A DNA stretch of 63,847 nt, counting the filler, from Hyphochytrium catenoides (Eukaryota; Protista; Hyphochytriomycota): NCBI GenBank assembly GCA_900088475.1. It is 6 parts of 6 records of this genome, joined end to end, with 100 filler letters (N's around TTAATTAATTAA, not from the genome) between each part and the next. Parts side by side here need not be neighbours in the genome. Positions count along the whole stretch, not along the records: positions 15,248 to 39,641 come from FLMG01004033.1; positions 39,742 to 41,652 come from FLMG01002440.1; positions 41,753 to 48,160 come from FLMG01004396.1; positions 48,261 to 50,462 come from FLMG01003318.1; 2 more parts are not named here. One strand, given 5' to 3'. The notes beneath the pieces were generated by a model. That model worked only from the letters and a program-made list of their open reading frames with translations, did not search any database and was not told the DNA's origin. The first letter of the stretch is position 1; each line of letters opens with the position of its first letter. Made by a program: the position numbers and the translations under genes. This document shows positions 37,351 through 48,369 of the stretch, piece after piece.

Positions 37351-38613
37351 ATGGTTGGACTGATGGGGGAATATCTGAAAGACAAGGTTCTATCCATACA
37401 ATCTGAGGGAGCAGACACTGCAGACTCTGCGGATGCCGGCGCGTTATCGGACCTCTTTGGGGCCGAACTGGAGGAAAATGAAGAGGGACAGGAAGCCGTG
37501 GTGACGGTACAGACAAGCTATGTTAGGAAGCCAGCAGACGCGCATCCGCAAGTTTTACAGCTGGAACTTATAAGCTCAAAGCACAGTCTCTGGGTAAGAA
37601 GGGCTTGGGATGCTTTGTAAGGCCGTCCGCTTCCTAGTCTTATAAGCGCTTCATGTATGTAGGGCCATCTTATCTGGAATGCAGCCATCCTTTTAGCAGG
37701 TAGACGGCGACCAGTGTGCCTGTTTGACTCCGCTGATGATCTGTCATGTCTTGCATCCCTGCCGCTTATCGACAGAGCGCTTTGATACTGGAGCGCTCTC
37801 TTGCAAGGGAGCTACGGTTCTAGAGCTTGGAGCAGGGGCTGGTTTGCCGGGGCTGGTCTGTGCACTGGTAGGCATGGATGGAATGCCGTATTGCAGAGTT
37901 TTATAGCTTTCGCCAAAGACTCGATTTTATATCTGTGACTGACAATGGGTTCTTTCATGGCACACCTTGTAGAAAGGAGCTGGGACTGTGGTCATCTCAG
38001 ACTATGCCACAGAAACTGATCAAGCTCTAATTGAAGTCATCAATCGCAACATTGAGTCTGTGAAGCCTTACCTTACAACAGGTAGAGTCTCTGCAACCCT
38101 TAGCACTTTGGCATGCGTAGCACCAGTACTATTTGCTCATGGTTCCGACACGCAGACTGCAAGCTAGTGGGTGCCGGACATGTTTGGGGGCAAAGTGTGT
38201 CACCTCTTTTGCAGCAGTTGCCACCGCCTCCGGATATGAGCGAAGAAGCCACGTCGCCTGGCTTTGACCTTATTATTTTAGCAGATTTGCTCTTCAACCG
38301 ATCCCAGCACCAACAGCTGTTACGGTCCTGCCATGATGCACTAAGTCCAAGTGGAAGAATCCTCGTAACATTCTCCCACCATGACCCTGGTGAGCTTGAC
38401 TCAGAGGGATGCAAGTTCTATGGCGCTAACTGCTCTATCACCCCTACAGAGAAGGCAGAGCAGGACTTGAAGTTCTTTTCGCTAGCTGCCAAGGAACCCT
38501 TTAACTTCACAGTGCAGAAGCTTGAACAGGTGCAAATGGTAGACCACTTCATTATGAACGACGGGCTAGACGATGCAAGGGGAGTTGTCTACTTCTATGA
38601 ACTTCGCAAGTGA
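37351..38613 (+). CDS. Seven-beta-strand protein methyltransferase, EFM7/NNT1-like (Methyltransf_16 family), 6 exons
   Basis: Motifs HSLW|GHLIWNAAILLA, motif I VLELGAGAGLPGL, post-I VVISDY, GHVWG, motif II FDLIILADLLFN, and ILVTFSHHDP..DLKFF. Confidence 0.9.
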
Positions 38614-39641
38614 CCACCTATAATGGTGAAGAAGGGCATCAGGCAGACAGCTGGTCTGAAGGAGGAAGCTCCTGCAATTGGCATTTGTCCTGTGCTCGTG
38701 GCCCTCCAACAGAGAAACCAATCCACGGTCCTGAAGTCGTAGAAAGAAAAGGTCTGGACAGAGCGCGAAACTGAAGATACTTCCTCTCGCCATACATGAA
38801 AGGAGGAGAAAGGGGGGGGGGGACCATATAGAGGACAAGAAAGAGAGAGAGAAAGAGACAGCAGGGTGTGGAAGAGAGGAGAGTCAGACCTACGGGTAGT
38901 AGCGCTGCTGGATACCTGCTGGTCTCAAGGTTAAGTAGTGCCAGACTCCACGAGTCTATGCGGCATACTGTGGCTACGCTACTTCCAGATGGTGATCCTA
39001 CCTTAAAGCCTAGAATCAGGCTCACGCAGAGTCTGGGCTCTGTTCCTTTACTCTTCCCGCTTCTTCTAGGACGCTTCTCGCGTTTTGCCTCCTTCAAGAG
39101 TACGTTTGTTTGCGTCTAATCCCTTACGGACCAGCAAACTATCACTGTATACTTGTTCGGCGCCACGTAAGAGGGTGACAGCTAAACTGCACTTGTGGGC
39201 TTTTGCTTTCCATCCATCTGACGCGGTGCGGGTAGCAAGTGTTCCGACAAGCAAGAAGCTACCAATCTAAAGCTAAATTAGTAGAGAGCACAAGGATAAT
39301 CACGGAGTGGCGCTAGTTCCCCGGGAATCTAGCGTAGCCCTCATGTTTTCCTTCGACAGGTGTTAACGTCGGATGACCATCACATTCACACGCTGCCATC
39401 AAGAAGTGTGCCCTAAAAAGAGATTGCCACCCGGATGGTTCTTGTTGGAAGGCGCGACATATGTGTTCGAGTGCTCCATGAGCTACAAGGCTCGGCCTAT
39501 GTTGAAAATGTCCCATGAACTTCACTGATGCACAACTCTTTAGCAGAGGCATCCCTGGCTCTTCAAAAGCCATTGAACAGACTCGTCTTTCACATGCGTC
39601 TCTCGTAGCAGCCCATTGCGATAGCTCAGAGCGCCGCTCCA

Positions 39642-39741
39642 NNNNNNNNNNNNNNNNNNNNNNNNNNNNNNNNNNNNNNNNNNNNTTAATTAATTAANNN
39701 NNNNNNNNNNNNNNNNNNNNNNNNNNNNNNNNNNNNNNNNN
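39642..39741. other. Artificial contig spacer
   Basis: 44 N + TTAATTAATTAA + 44 N. Confidence 0.97.
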
Positions 39742-39847
39742 AGCCAAAGAACCCAGCAATCAGATGCGTCAACAGCCATGTACAGGCCAATGGACCAGTG
39801 AGAACGAGAGAGAGACACACATGCAACAATTGCTGCCCTCGATACCC

Positions 39848-40163
39848 CGCCCTTACCATCCTCATCGCTGCCCTCATGGCCATCCGTGCCCTCTTCTTTC
39901 TTCTCTTCTCCATCCTCTCCGTCCTCTCCATCTCCTCCCTCATCGCTGCTACCGCTAGACTCCTCTGAGGCACTGTCGCCCGCATCCTCCTCGGAAGAGG
40001 CAGCGGTGCCCTCGGCGTCCGATTCTGAGTCTTCTGCCGCCGCTTTCTGCAGCTCTTCCGCGGTCCGTCCCTTCATCATCAGTTGCAACTCTTCGGCCCT
40101 CGCTTCATCCTTGTGCTGCCCAGGCAGCGCCGAGCTCTGCTGATTCCGTCCTCTTTTGGGCAT
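39848..40163 (-). CDS. Probable first exon of a gene with a basic start and highly acidic N-terminus, 3' truncated by the contig end
   Basis: ATG at 40163 gives MPKRGRNQQ...AEELQKAAAEDSESDAEG...EDGEEKKEE, followed by a possible donor (GTATCG). No domain was recognised and the exon end is approximate. Confidence 0.5.
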
Positions 40164-40436
40164 CGTTTTACCAGGTTTGTCCCAGCAGCAGGCACTGAGC
40201 GTCACAGGTTACGGTCTAGATCAGGCGCGGCTGTGTCGCTTCTGTCTCCTCTCTCTCTGACCTTTCCCTTTTGCCCTCCAGAGACTGTCAGTGGTTTGTG
40301 CAAACGTGGCTTGTAAGCTAGGGGACACAGAGAGAGAAAGAGAGAGACCAGGTCACGGAGTGCGGCTTTCTCTTTAGAGCGCCGAGAGAGAGAGAGAGGG
40401 AGAGAGGAAGGGAAGAGGGAGAGGGAAAGAGAGAGA

Positions 40437-40470
<34 letters not shown>

Positions 40471-40917
40471 CAGAGAGAGACACGGAGAGAGAGAGANNNN
40501 NNNNNNNNNNNNNNNNNAGAGAGAGAGAGAGAGAGAGAGAGAGAGGTCTGAAGGGTCAAAGCGGCCACAGCTCCGTCAGCCAACCACAGAAACATCAGAA
40601 TCGCTCTATATTGCGTCATTCTTAGGAACACAGCGGCGGATCTCTCAGCGGTAAACATACCAACTTATTGGCCGCCCTTCTGAAGGACCCTTGATTTCTC
40701 CCATACTAATACTCTCTATAGTTTCAAAGGCTAGTAATAATGCGACAAGATTAGGTTATATATGGGTGTCCTATAACAAAAGGGAACCGAGAGAGAGAAG
40801 TAAGAGAAAGAGGAGAGACAGAATAGAGAGAGACGGAGGGGAAACAGAGAGTAGAAAGAGAGAGAGGAAGAGGAAAGAGAGGAGAGAGAGGCATTGCGAG
40901 AGAGAGAGAAAGAGAGA

Positions 40918-41055
40918 GAGGAACAGCGAGAGAGGAGAGAGAGAGCCACTGCGTGGAGAGAGAGAGAGGAACAGCGAGAGAGGAGAGAGAGAGCCACTGC
41001 GAGGAGAGAGAGAGAACGAGAGAAAGAGGAACAGCGAGAGAGGAGAGAGAGCGCC
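40918..41055 (+). repeat. Three-copy GA-rich minisatellite (GAGGAACAGCGAGAGAGGAGAGAGAG..CCA)
   Basis: The unit recurs at about 40920, 40968 and 41028. Confidence 0.75.
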
Positions 41056-41652
41056 AATGCAAGAAGGAGAGAGAGAAACAGAGAAACAGAGAGAGAAGGG
41101 AGAATGGCAGTAACTGAGAGGGAAGGAAGGCGAGAGAGAAATCAGAGAGGGAGAGAGAGGAGACACAATGAGCTTCTCGAGCGTGGCCGAGGAGAGGCGA
41201 TGACAGGCGGTAGAGGCCAGGAACAGACAGCAAGGGAGGTAATAAAGGCCTTGAGGCTGTCATGAGAGGGCGCAGGGAGAAGAGAAGGAAAAGAGAGAGA
41301 GACAGAGAGAAAGGGAGAAAGAGAGAGAGAGATTCCTCGGAAGAAAATTGAGAGCAACTCCGCAAGCAGCAGCAGACAATGATGCTGATGTTATAAATAG
41401 TTTAGGAGCCCTCTCCAAGGCGCTGATAAATATATCCCACTCTTCTTCCGACCACACATTCTCTCTCTCTCTCCCTTTCTCTCTCTCTCTCTGTGTTTCC
41501 CTTCCCTTCTCCTCTCTTTCCTCCAAGCTCTCTCTTTCCCTCTCTCTCTCCTGCTCTCTTAGATTCCATTGACTTCCTCCTGGTTGAGCCCTTCATAACA
41601 GGTGAGGCCCTGCCGGTTGACGATCCCGTCATCAGCGCCTTTCTCTCTCAAA

Positions 41653-41752
41653 NNNNNNNNNNNNNNNNNNNNNNNNNNNNNNNNNNNNNNNNNNNNTTAA
41701 TTAATTAANNNNNNNNNNNNNNNNNNNNNNNNNNNNNNNNNNNNNNNNNNNN
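41653..41752. other. Artificial contig spacer
   Basis: 44 N + TTAATTAATTAA + 44 N. Confidence 0.97.
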
Positions 41753-42142
41753 GCAGGACAAGATATATGAGAGAGAAAGACGTATATGGAAGTTAGGTAG
41801 AGAGAGAATGTGAAAATGAGAGTGCGAGTGTGTGAGAGAGTTAGTGAGAGAGAAAGACCGCGAGCGACACAGAGAGAGAGAGAGAGAGAGAAAAGAGAGA
41901 AGCAAGGAGGAAAAAGGATTTGAGATAGAACGAACAGAAAAGATTGGAGAGACGGAGATTTAAGAGCTAGTGAGGAAAGTCTCTCTACCTTTGGCGCCTT
42001 CTGCGTCTTTTCTCTCTTCTGCTGCTCCTTTCTCCGCCCACTGTGTTCTTTGTCTTACATTGTGTTTGTCTCTCTCATCTTCTCTCTCTCACGATCCGCC
42101 TCCCGTTCATTGCCTGACTTTCCCGTTTCCTTCTCTCTGCAG

Positions 42143-42916
42143 CGCTGTGGAGCTTCTCAAGTCTGCCTGTCCGCCCGACTATCGGACGAACCATCAGTAC
42201 TGTCTCGGCTCTAAGGCGCTGGAGGAGCTGGAGCTCAGGATCTGCGGGCTGGTCCTAAGAATCTATGACACCTTCCTTAAGAAGAAGAAGAGAGAGATGA
42301 AAGAGGGAAAAAGGAAGAAGAGAGAGAGGGAAAAGGAAAGAGAAGAAAAGCAGAGGATAGGAAGAGGGACGGGGAAGCCGGAGAGAGAGGAAGAAGAACA
42401 GGCACAGATGAATGCGAACAAGCAGCCTAAACTTGATAAGCGGGAGACCAAGAGAGAAAAACGAGAGAGAGAGAAACGAAAGAAAAGACAGAGAGTGTCT
42501 CTTGAGGAGGTGGAAGAGTCGAACCAAAGAGAAGAGGAACAGCCCCCGTGGATGGCGAAGGCCTGTGTCTCAGAGGTAATCTCAGAGGAAGAGAAAGAGC
42601 TCTTTACGCTTCCGATCCCTGGGATGACGCTTAACCTTTCAGCCTCTGCGGTCACACAGATTGAGGTACGCAGATTCTCTCTCCACTCTCCACTCTCTCT
42701 CTCTCTCCCTCGCTCGCCGGCTCTCTCTTTCTTCCTTCGTTTTCTCTTATTTCTCTCTCTCTTTCTCTATTTCCATTCTCACTGTTCTATCTCTGTCTCT
42801 TTCCCTCTCCCTCTAAAGGATATCTCGGCTCCTTCCGTGCTCATCCTGTCTCATCCTGTGTCACTGCGTCCGCTGTTTCTCTAATAATGCGGTACACTTT
42901 CGCGTTGTCCTCTACA

Positions 42917-42963
<47 letters not shown>

Positions 42964-45946
42964 CTCTCTGTCTCTCTCTGTCTCTCATACTACTGAGCTC
43001 TGTTGGCCATTCTAGTCACAGCTATCGGATCGTATCCTAGCTTCTTGTCTCTTGCTGGCCATAAGCATCTCGTCGAACCCTCTCTCTCGCGCGCGAGGAC
43101 GCCCTCTTTCTCTCGCTTTCACTTTACCTATCTAACCTGATCCCGTCCCTCTCTCTGTCTGCCTCTCTTTTTCCTGTCGTCCTCTCTCTTCTCCTTTTCC
43201 CTCGGTGATCGTCAGAGCTCGGAGTCATCGATACGCCTGGCCTACGAGGAACGAGTCCACGCCATTGAAACGATGCTGAAGAAGAAAGAGGCGGCGTTGC
43301 GGAGAGAAGAAGTGAAAGAGAGCCCAGCTCTTGACCTTGAGGAGCTGTGTGGCATCTTCAGAGAGGCAGAGCTCCAGGCGCGGCAGATTGTCCAGCGTCA
43401 TTGCAATCTTCAGGCAATCAATCTTAGAGGAACTGGAATCAGCCCCAAGCAGGTGCGTGAGCCGGTTGGAATGCTCCTTTCTCTTGCTATGACCGTTCTC
43501 TTGGTTCTCCTTCTTCTTCTCCTCTCTCTCGCGCCCTTCTTTCTCTCTCTCCTTCCCTCTCTCTATCTCTTGGCTTCCTTTCTTTCTCTCTTTCTCTCTC
43601 TCTCTGTGTCTCTCTCTCTTTCTTTCTCTGTTCTCTTCTTCGATCTCACTTATTAGGTTGAAAAAGAAAGAAAGTGATCGCCACGCCCTCTTCCTCTGGG
43701 ATGCGATCTTCTCTCCTCTTCCGCCTCAGATCTCCTGATCCCACTCAGTCCTTCTCTCAATCTGTGCCCACACCTTGTGCCTTCTTCTCTCTCTCTCTCT
43801 TTTTCCTCTCTCTCCATCTCTAGGCCGCCTCTCTCCTAACAGTGATGAGAGAGAGAAGGGGTTTTGCTCACCTGAATCTGAGCCAAAATCTTATAGAAGA
43901 CGCAGGAAGCGCAGCCGCGGAGTGCATCCGAGAGGAGAATAGCGCGATCCTCTCTCTCGACCTGTCTTTCTCCTCTCTCTCCGTTCAGAGCGTCAAAGAT
44001 ATCTCTTCGTCTCTCTTGAAAGGGAGACTGACTGATCTCTCTCTGTGTGGAAACAGGTTAGAAGACAGCGTCGGCGTGCTGCTAATGGACTCTCTCTCTA
44101 AGAATAGCACGGTAAAGAGAGTGCGACTTGACCAGAATCTCTTTGGAGAGAAAACAGGTCTTGCCTTAGCAAGAATGCTAGTGATGAACGGGTCAATCGT
44201 GTCTCTCTCTCTCTCTTCCAACCAAATCAACACCGTGGCAGCCATAGAAATAGCCAAGAGTGTGGGCCTAAACGCCTCTCTCTCTTATCTCTCTCTCTCA
44301 CACAACATCATCTGCTCTCCAGCAGCACCTGCTTTGGCCTCAGCTCTGAGAATGTCACGGCAACTCACGCGTCTGGACGTCTCTCATAACTTTCTCGGGC
44401 TACTGACAAGCGAAGAGGGAGATCAAAAAGGAGAGACAGGAGACAAGGAGAAGAATGTGTCTCTCTCCCATCTTTCTCCGCCTTCTTCAGCATCTCCACC
44501 GGACACTCCTGATAAGGAAGACACAGCCCAAGGCTCTCCCTCTCAGACCTTCCCAGCAAGTCTCTTCCGATGGAAGGAGACTGCGAAGAAGCACCTTCTC
44601 TCTCTTTCTTCTGCTTTCTCTCGTGCTCTGGCAGAACAGCTGGAGGTGATGGACCTGAGAGAGAAAGCTTCAATCCGCTCCGCAGAAATTATCTTACACT
44701 CTCTCCTGGCTCATCCCGGGGTCCTGCAGGAGCTCAATCTCTCATATAACGCTCTGGGAAAGAGCAGCGCCCGCATTGGAGCGCTAACAGTGAAGACACT
44801 GAGCTCTCCTCACTGCTCTCTTCGCTCTCTCTCTCTCTCGGGCAACAATCTCAGTCCTAGCGATGGCCTTCGCATTGCCAAGGCTTTAGCTTCTAACAAG
44901 AGAGTGACAGCTCTCGATCTCTCCGATAACGCATTCGGCGAAGAGACAGTGGAGGCGTTCTCTCAGATGATGAGAGAGAATGACACGCTTCTCTCTCTCT
45001 CTCTCCGCAACTGCAACCTTGGCCCTCTCACTTCCCCTGACTCGTCTTCCTCTCTGTGGAGCAGTGTCGGTTCTAACTCATCGTTAGACCTCTTGGATCT
45101 CTCGAACAACGCTTTCGGTCCCTCTTCTGTTCTCTCTCTCTGCGGCGCTCTGACTCGCAATATAACTCTTAGGACGTTGGCACTGGCTGGGAATAATTTG
45201 GGGGCAAACACTCCGGCGCAGGCGCGGGTCCTGGTAGATATTGTCAGAAGCAATAAGACTCTCAGAGTGCTGGATATGGACAGGTAACCTACCTTCTGAG
45301 TCTCTCCCTCTCTCTCCCTCTGCCTGTTTTCTCTCGACCTCTCTCCCTCTCTCGCACTTCCCATTTCTTTTCTCTCTCTTTTTCTTTCTCTCTGTCTCTC
45401 TCTCTTTGAGACGCGCACAAGTCTTCTCTTTCTCTTTGGCCGTTTATCGTCTTCCCATGAGGAATCACGTTCAGTTGGCTGCCCTGGCGTCCTCCTTCTC
45501 TCTTAAGACCTCCATCTCTCTCTCTTTTCTTTTGTCTCTCTCTCTCTTTTCTCGCCAACTTCCTAACCCATCTCTCTCTCTCTCTCTCTCTCTCAGGAAC
45601 AGGCTGGGCTGCTCGGTGATGAAGGCGATGGCTAGAGAATTAGCCGTCTCAAACCGGTCTCTGAGGGTCATCAGCTTTCTAAAGAACCAGCTAGATGCCG
45701 GTACGCTCCTCTCTCTCGTGCATGTTTCTCTCTTCTCTTTGTTAAAGCCTTCTCCTTTCTTCTCTTCTCTCTCTTTCTTCTCTCTCTCTCCCTCTCTCTC
45801 CGTACTTTAGCAACCCACAGTCCTCGGGTGCTTTCCTCGTATTGTCATATCTTCGTCCCTCTGTTTCTCTCTCTATTGTTATCTTCTCGACCGCCAAGGA
45901 TCCAACTCTTTCTATGCCTCAATTTCTCTTCCTCTCTCTTTTCCTT

Positions 45947-45977
<31 letters not shown>

Positions 45978-46151
45978 TCAGGTGCGGGCAGCGCTCTGGC
46001 CGCCGCGATGCGGAAGAACAGGGTCCTGGTCTACGTGGGAGTAGATGAAGAAGAGGTTGGGAGAGAAATGTTCCTGGCGATAAAAGCAATCATAGGAGAG
46101 AGAGCCACCACCGCTACGATAGAGAGAGAGAGAGAAGAGAGGAAAATATAG
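42143..46151 (+). CDS. RNI-like leucine-rich-repeat protein, probably 5' partial; exons ~42143-42665, 43216-43451, 43824-45282, 45597-45700, 45982-46151
   Basis: Many 28-residue-type LRRs (LNLSQNLIED, LDLSFSSL, LSLCGNRLED, LDQNLFGE, LSLSSNQI, LSLSHNII, LNLSYNALG, LDLSDNAFG, LALAGNNLG). CT-rich introns have GT-AG ends, and there is a charged K/E/R-rich N-terminal part. Confidence 0.85.
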
Positions 46152-46739
46152 GCGAATGCAAAGACAAGATGTTCAGGCCGAGAACTAAATGATTGCAATA
46201 AAAGGAGAAAAGAGAGAGAGAGAGAGAGAGAGACATGACCGAAAAGCCATGGTAGGAAGGGGCATGTCCAGAGCCTCCGTCTGCGTATAACTCTATTTAT
46301 TGACCGTTTACCTGCTAATGTCCTTCTCCTCTCTGTGTCCCTCGAACCCTTGGCTCTCGCTCTTTCGTTTCCTCTCTCTCGCATTTTCCCCTCCCTTTCT
46401 CTCTTTCGCGCTCTCGGCGTTGTTCTTGCGTGTCTTTCTCTCTCTTTCTCTAGCTTGTAGGTCTTTCTCTATCTCACTCTCTCTTGAGCTCTGAGCAATG
46501 TCTCCCAATCTCGCACTGGAGTCGCTGATGTCGCCAGGGAGACGGGAGAGCTAAAAAGCATTGGAAAAGGGATTGTAAGAGAGAGAAAGTCGTCAAGAGG
46601 AAGAGAGAAAAAAGAAAGACATATTAATTGACCGAAAGAGAGAGCGACAGCGAGAGAGAGAGAGAGAGAAAGAGAGAGAAAGAGAGAGAGAAAGAGAGGG
46701 AGAGAAAGAAAGAGAGAGAGAGAGAGAAAGAGAGACAGA

Positions 46740-46796
<57 letters not shown>

Positions 46797-47184
46797 TGCA
46801 TCAAACACAGCCTTTTGAGGAATAGGCTCCAGAGCTCCTCCTCGAGTACTAGTAATAGAGTCAACAGGCAAAACAGATACATCAGCAAGAGAAGAGAGCG
46901 TGGAGAGAGACAGAGGAAAGAGGAGGCGGAGAGAAAAGTGGGAGACAGAGAGAAAGAGAGAGGAAGAGAAAGGAGAGAAGAGAGAAGCCCATCTCCTCTG
47001 TCTCTCGAGCGTCCCAGAAGGAAAGCTTCCTGAGCAAAGCTAACCAGCAAACCACGAACTCTAAGCAGAAAGGAAAGAAGAGACAAAGAGAGACAGAGAC
47101 ACAGAGAGAGAGAGAGAGAGTGAGACGCAACAAACCACCAGCGTGCATTCGATAACCAGCCAGTCTTCCCCTCAAAGAACGCTT

Positions 47185-47947
47185 ATGACTGACCTCCAAG
47201 GCCCCTCGTCTCTCCCGTCAAGCGGACCTCCGCCTGCAGCCTCTGGAGAGAGATCTGCGCTGTCTCTCCTGCAGTCTCCGCGCCATCGCTCTGGAGTACG
47301 CACCGCGCTCATTGTGACGCTGGGAGCAGCGATAGGAGCGGGAATAGGGTATCGACTCACTCTCCAGAAGAGAGAAAACGTCAAGGTTGGGCTATTTCTC
47401 TCTCTCTCTCTCTCTCTTTCTCTTTCTCACACTCTCTCTGTTGGCACATCCTTGATCTCTCCTTTCCCCATTCCGGTTTCTTTTTGCCCTCTTCATCTTC
47501 CTTTCTTTGCATTCAGCTTCCCTTTCTTTCTTCCAGCTTTGCCTTGACGTTGATGGAGGTTTGAGCAGCGGTCAGATCGTCTTTTGTGTCTTCCTCTCTC
47601 TCTCTCGCTCTCAACCCCCCTGCCCCTCCGGTCTCTCTCTCTCTTCTCTTTCTTGCTCTTGACTCTCTCCTGATTCTTTCTCCATGTCTTTTACTTCCGC
47701 TCCCCCTTGCTTTCTCTATGATAAGATATCTCTCTCTCTCTGTGCCTCAATTATAAGTCGCGGCTTATCTAATCAGCTTCTCTCCTTCCTCTCTCTCTTC
47801 CGCTGTCTCTCATGTCATGCTGGTTCTCTCTCTCTCTCTCTCTCTCGCACGAACCAGACCGCCGCCTTCGTGGAGCAGAAAGCACAGGAGAGGTTCTTAG
47901 CTTACAGGGAACTAATGGAGAGAGATAGTAGAGCTCAAAAGCCCTAG
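47185..47947 (+). CDS. Small single-TM protein (~96 aa), 2 exons (47185-47385, 47858-47947)
   Basis: MTDLQGP...RTALIVTLGAAIGAGIGYRLTLQKRENVK|TAAFVEQKAQERFLAYRELMERDSRAQKP*. The phase-0 intron is CT-rich and the TM is rich in GxxxG motifs. Confidence 0.65.
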
Positions 47948-48160
47948 TCACTTCTAGTTCTACTATTTATGTCTCTCTCTCTCCTCTCTCTCTCTGCTTC
48001 TCTCTCTTCTCTTTTTCCCTTCCTCTCCTCCGGTTGTTATTGGGGTTATTGGGGTCTGTCCAATCCTCTCTGTCTCCTGTCATTCGCTTCTGTTTGCCTC
48101 CTTTCCAGTACCCCTTCGTAATAGTTTATCTATGGTACAACGTCACTAATATATAAACCT

Positions 48161-48260
48161 NNNNNNNNNNNNNNNNNNNNNNNNNNNNNNNNNNNNNNNN
48201 NNNNTTAATTAATTAANNNNNNNNNNNNNNNNNNNNNNNNNNNNNNNNNNNNNNNNNNNN
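48161..48260. other. Artificial contig spacer
   Basis: 44 N + TTAATTAATTAA + 44 N. Confidence 0.97.
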
Positions 48261-48369
48261 TGCATAGATGAATGAGAGATCTCGTGCTCATTCGTGAGAC
48301 TTATTTTCAGGATAAATAAATAGGAATAGTGAACAGAGAAAGATAGGGATGATGGAACTCAAAAAGGGG

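Noticed and set aside
16474-38613. GST, Hsp110-TPR, NEET, TIR and methyltransferase as a functional stress/defence cluster
   Set aside because: The genes have mixed orientations and unrelated housekeeping functions, and no shared motif was seen. Adjacency in a compact eukaryote genome is not evidence of a cluster.
38850-39641. ORFs at the contig end, with a faint ankyrin-like VQWLL fragment
   Set aside because: Too short and interrupted to call.
40918-41055. Repeats with intervening sequence as a CRISPR-like array
   Set aside because: The intervening parts are near-identical GA-rich sequence, the context is eukaryotic and no cas genes are present. It is a minisatellite.
41562-41652. Exon-like segment (SIDFLLVEPFITGEALPVDDPVISAFLSQ) as the upstream part of the LRR gene
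   Set aside because: It is separated from the LRR contig by an artificial spacer, so linkage cannot be inferred.
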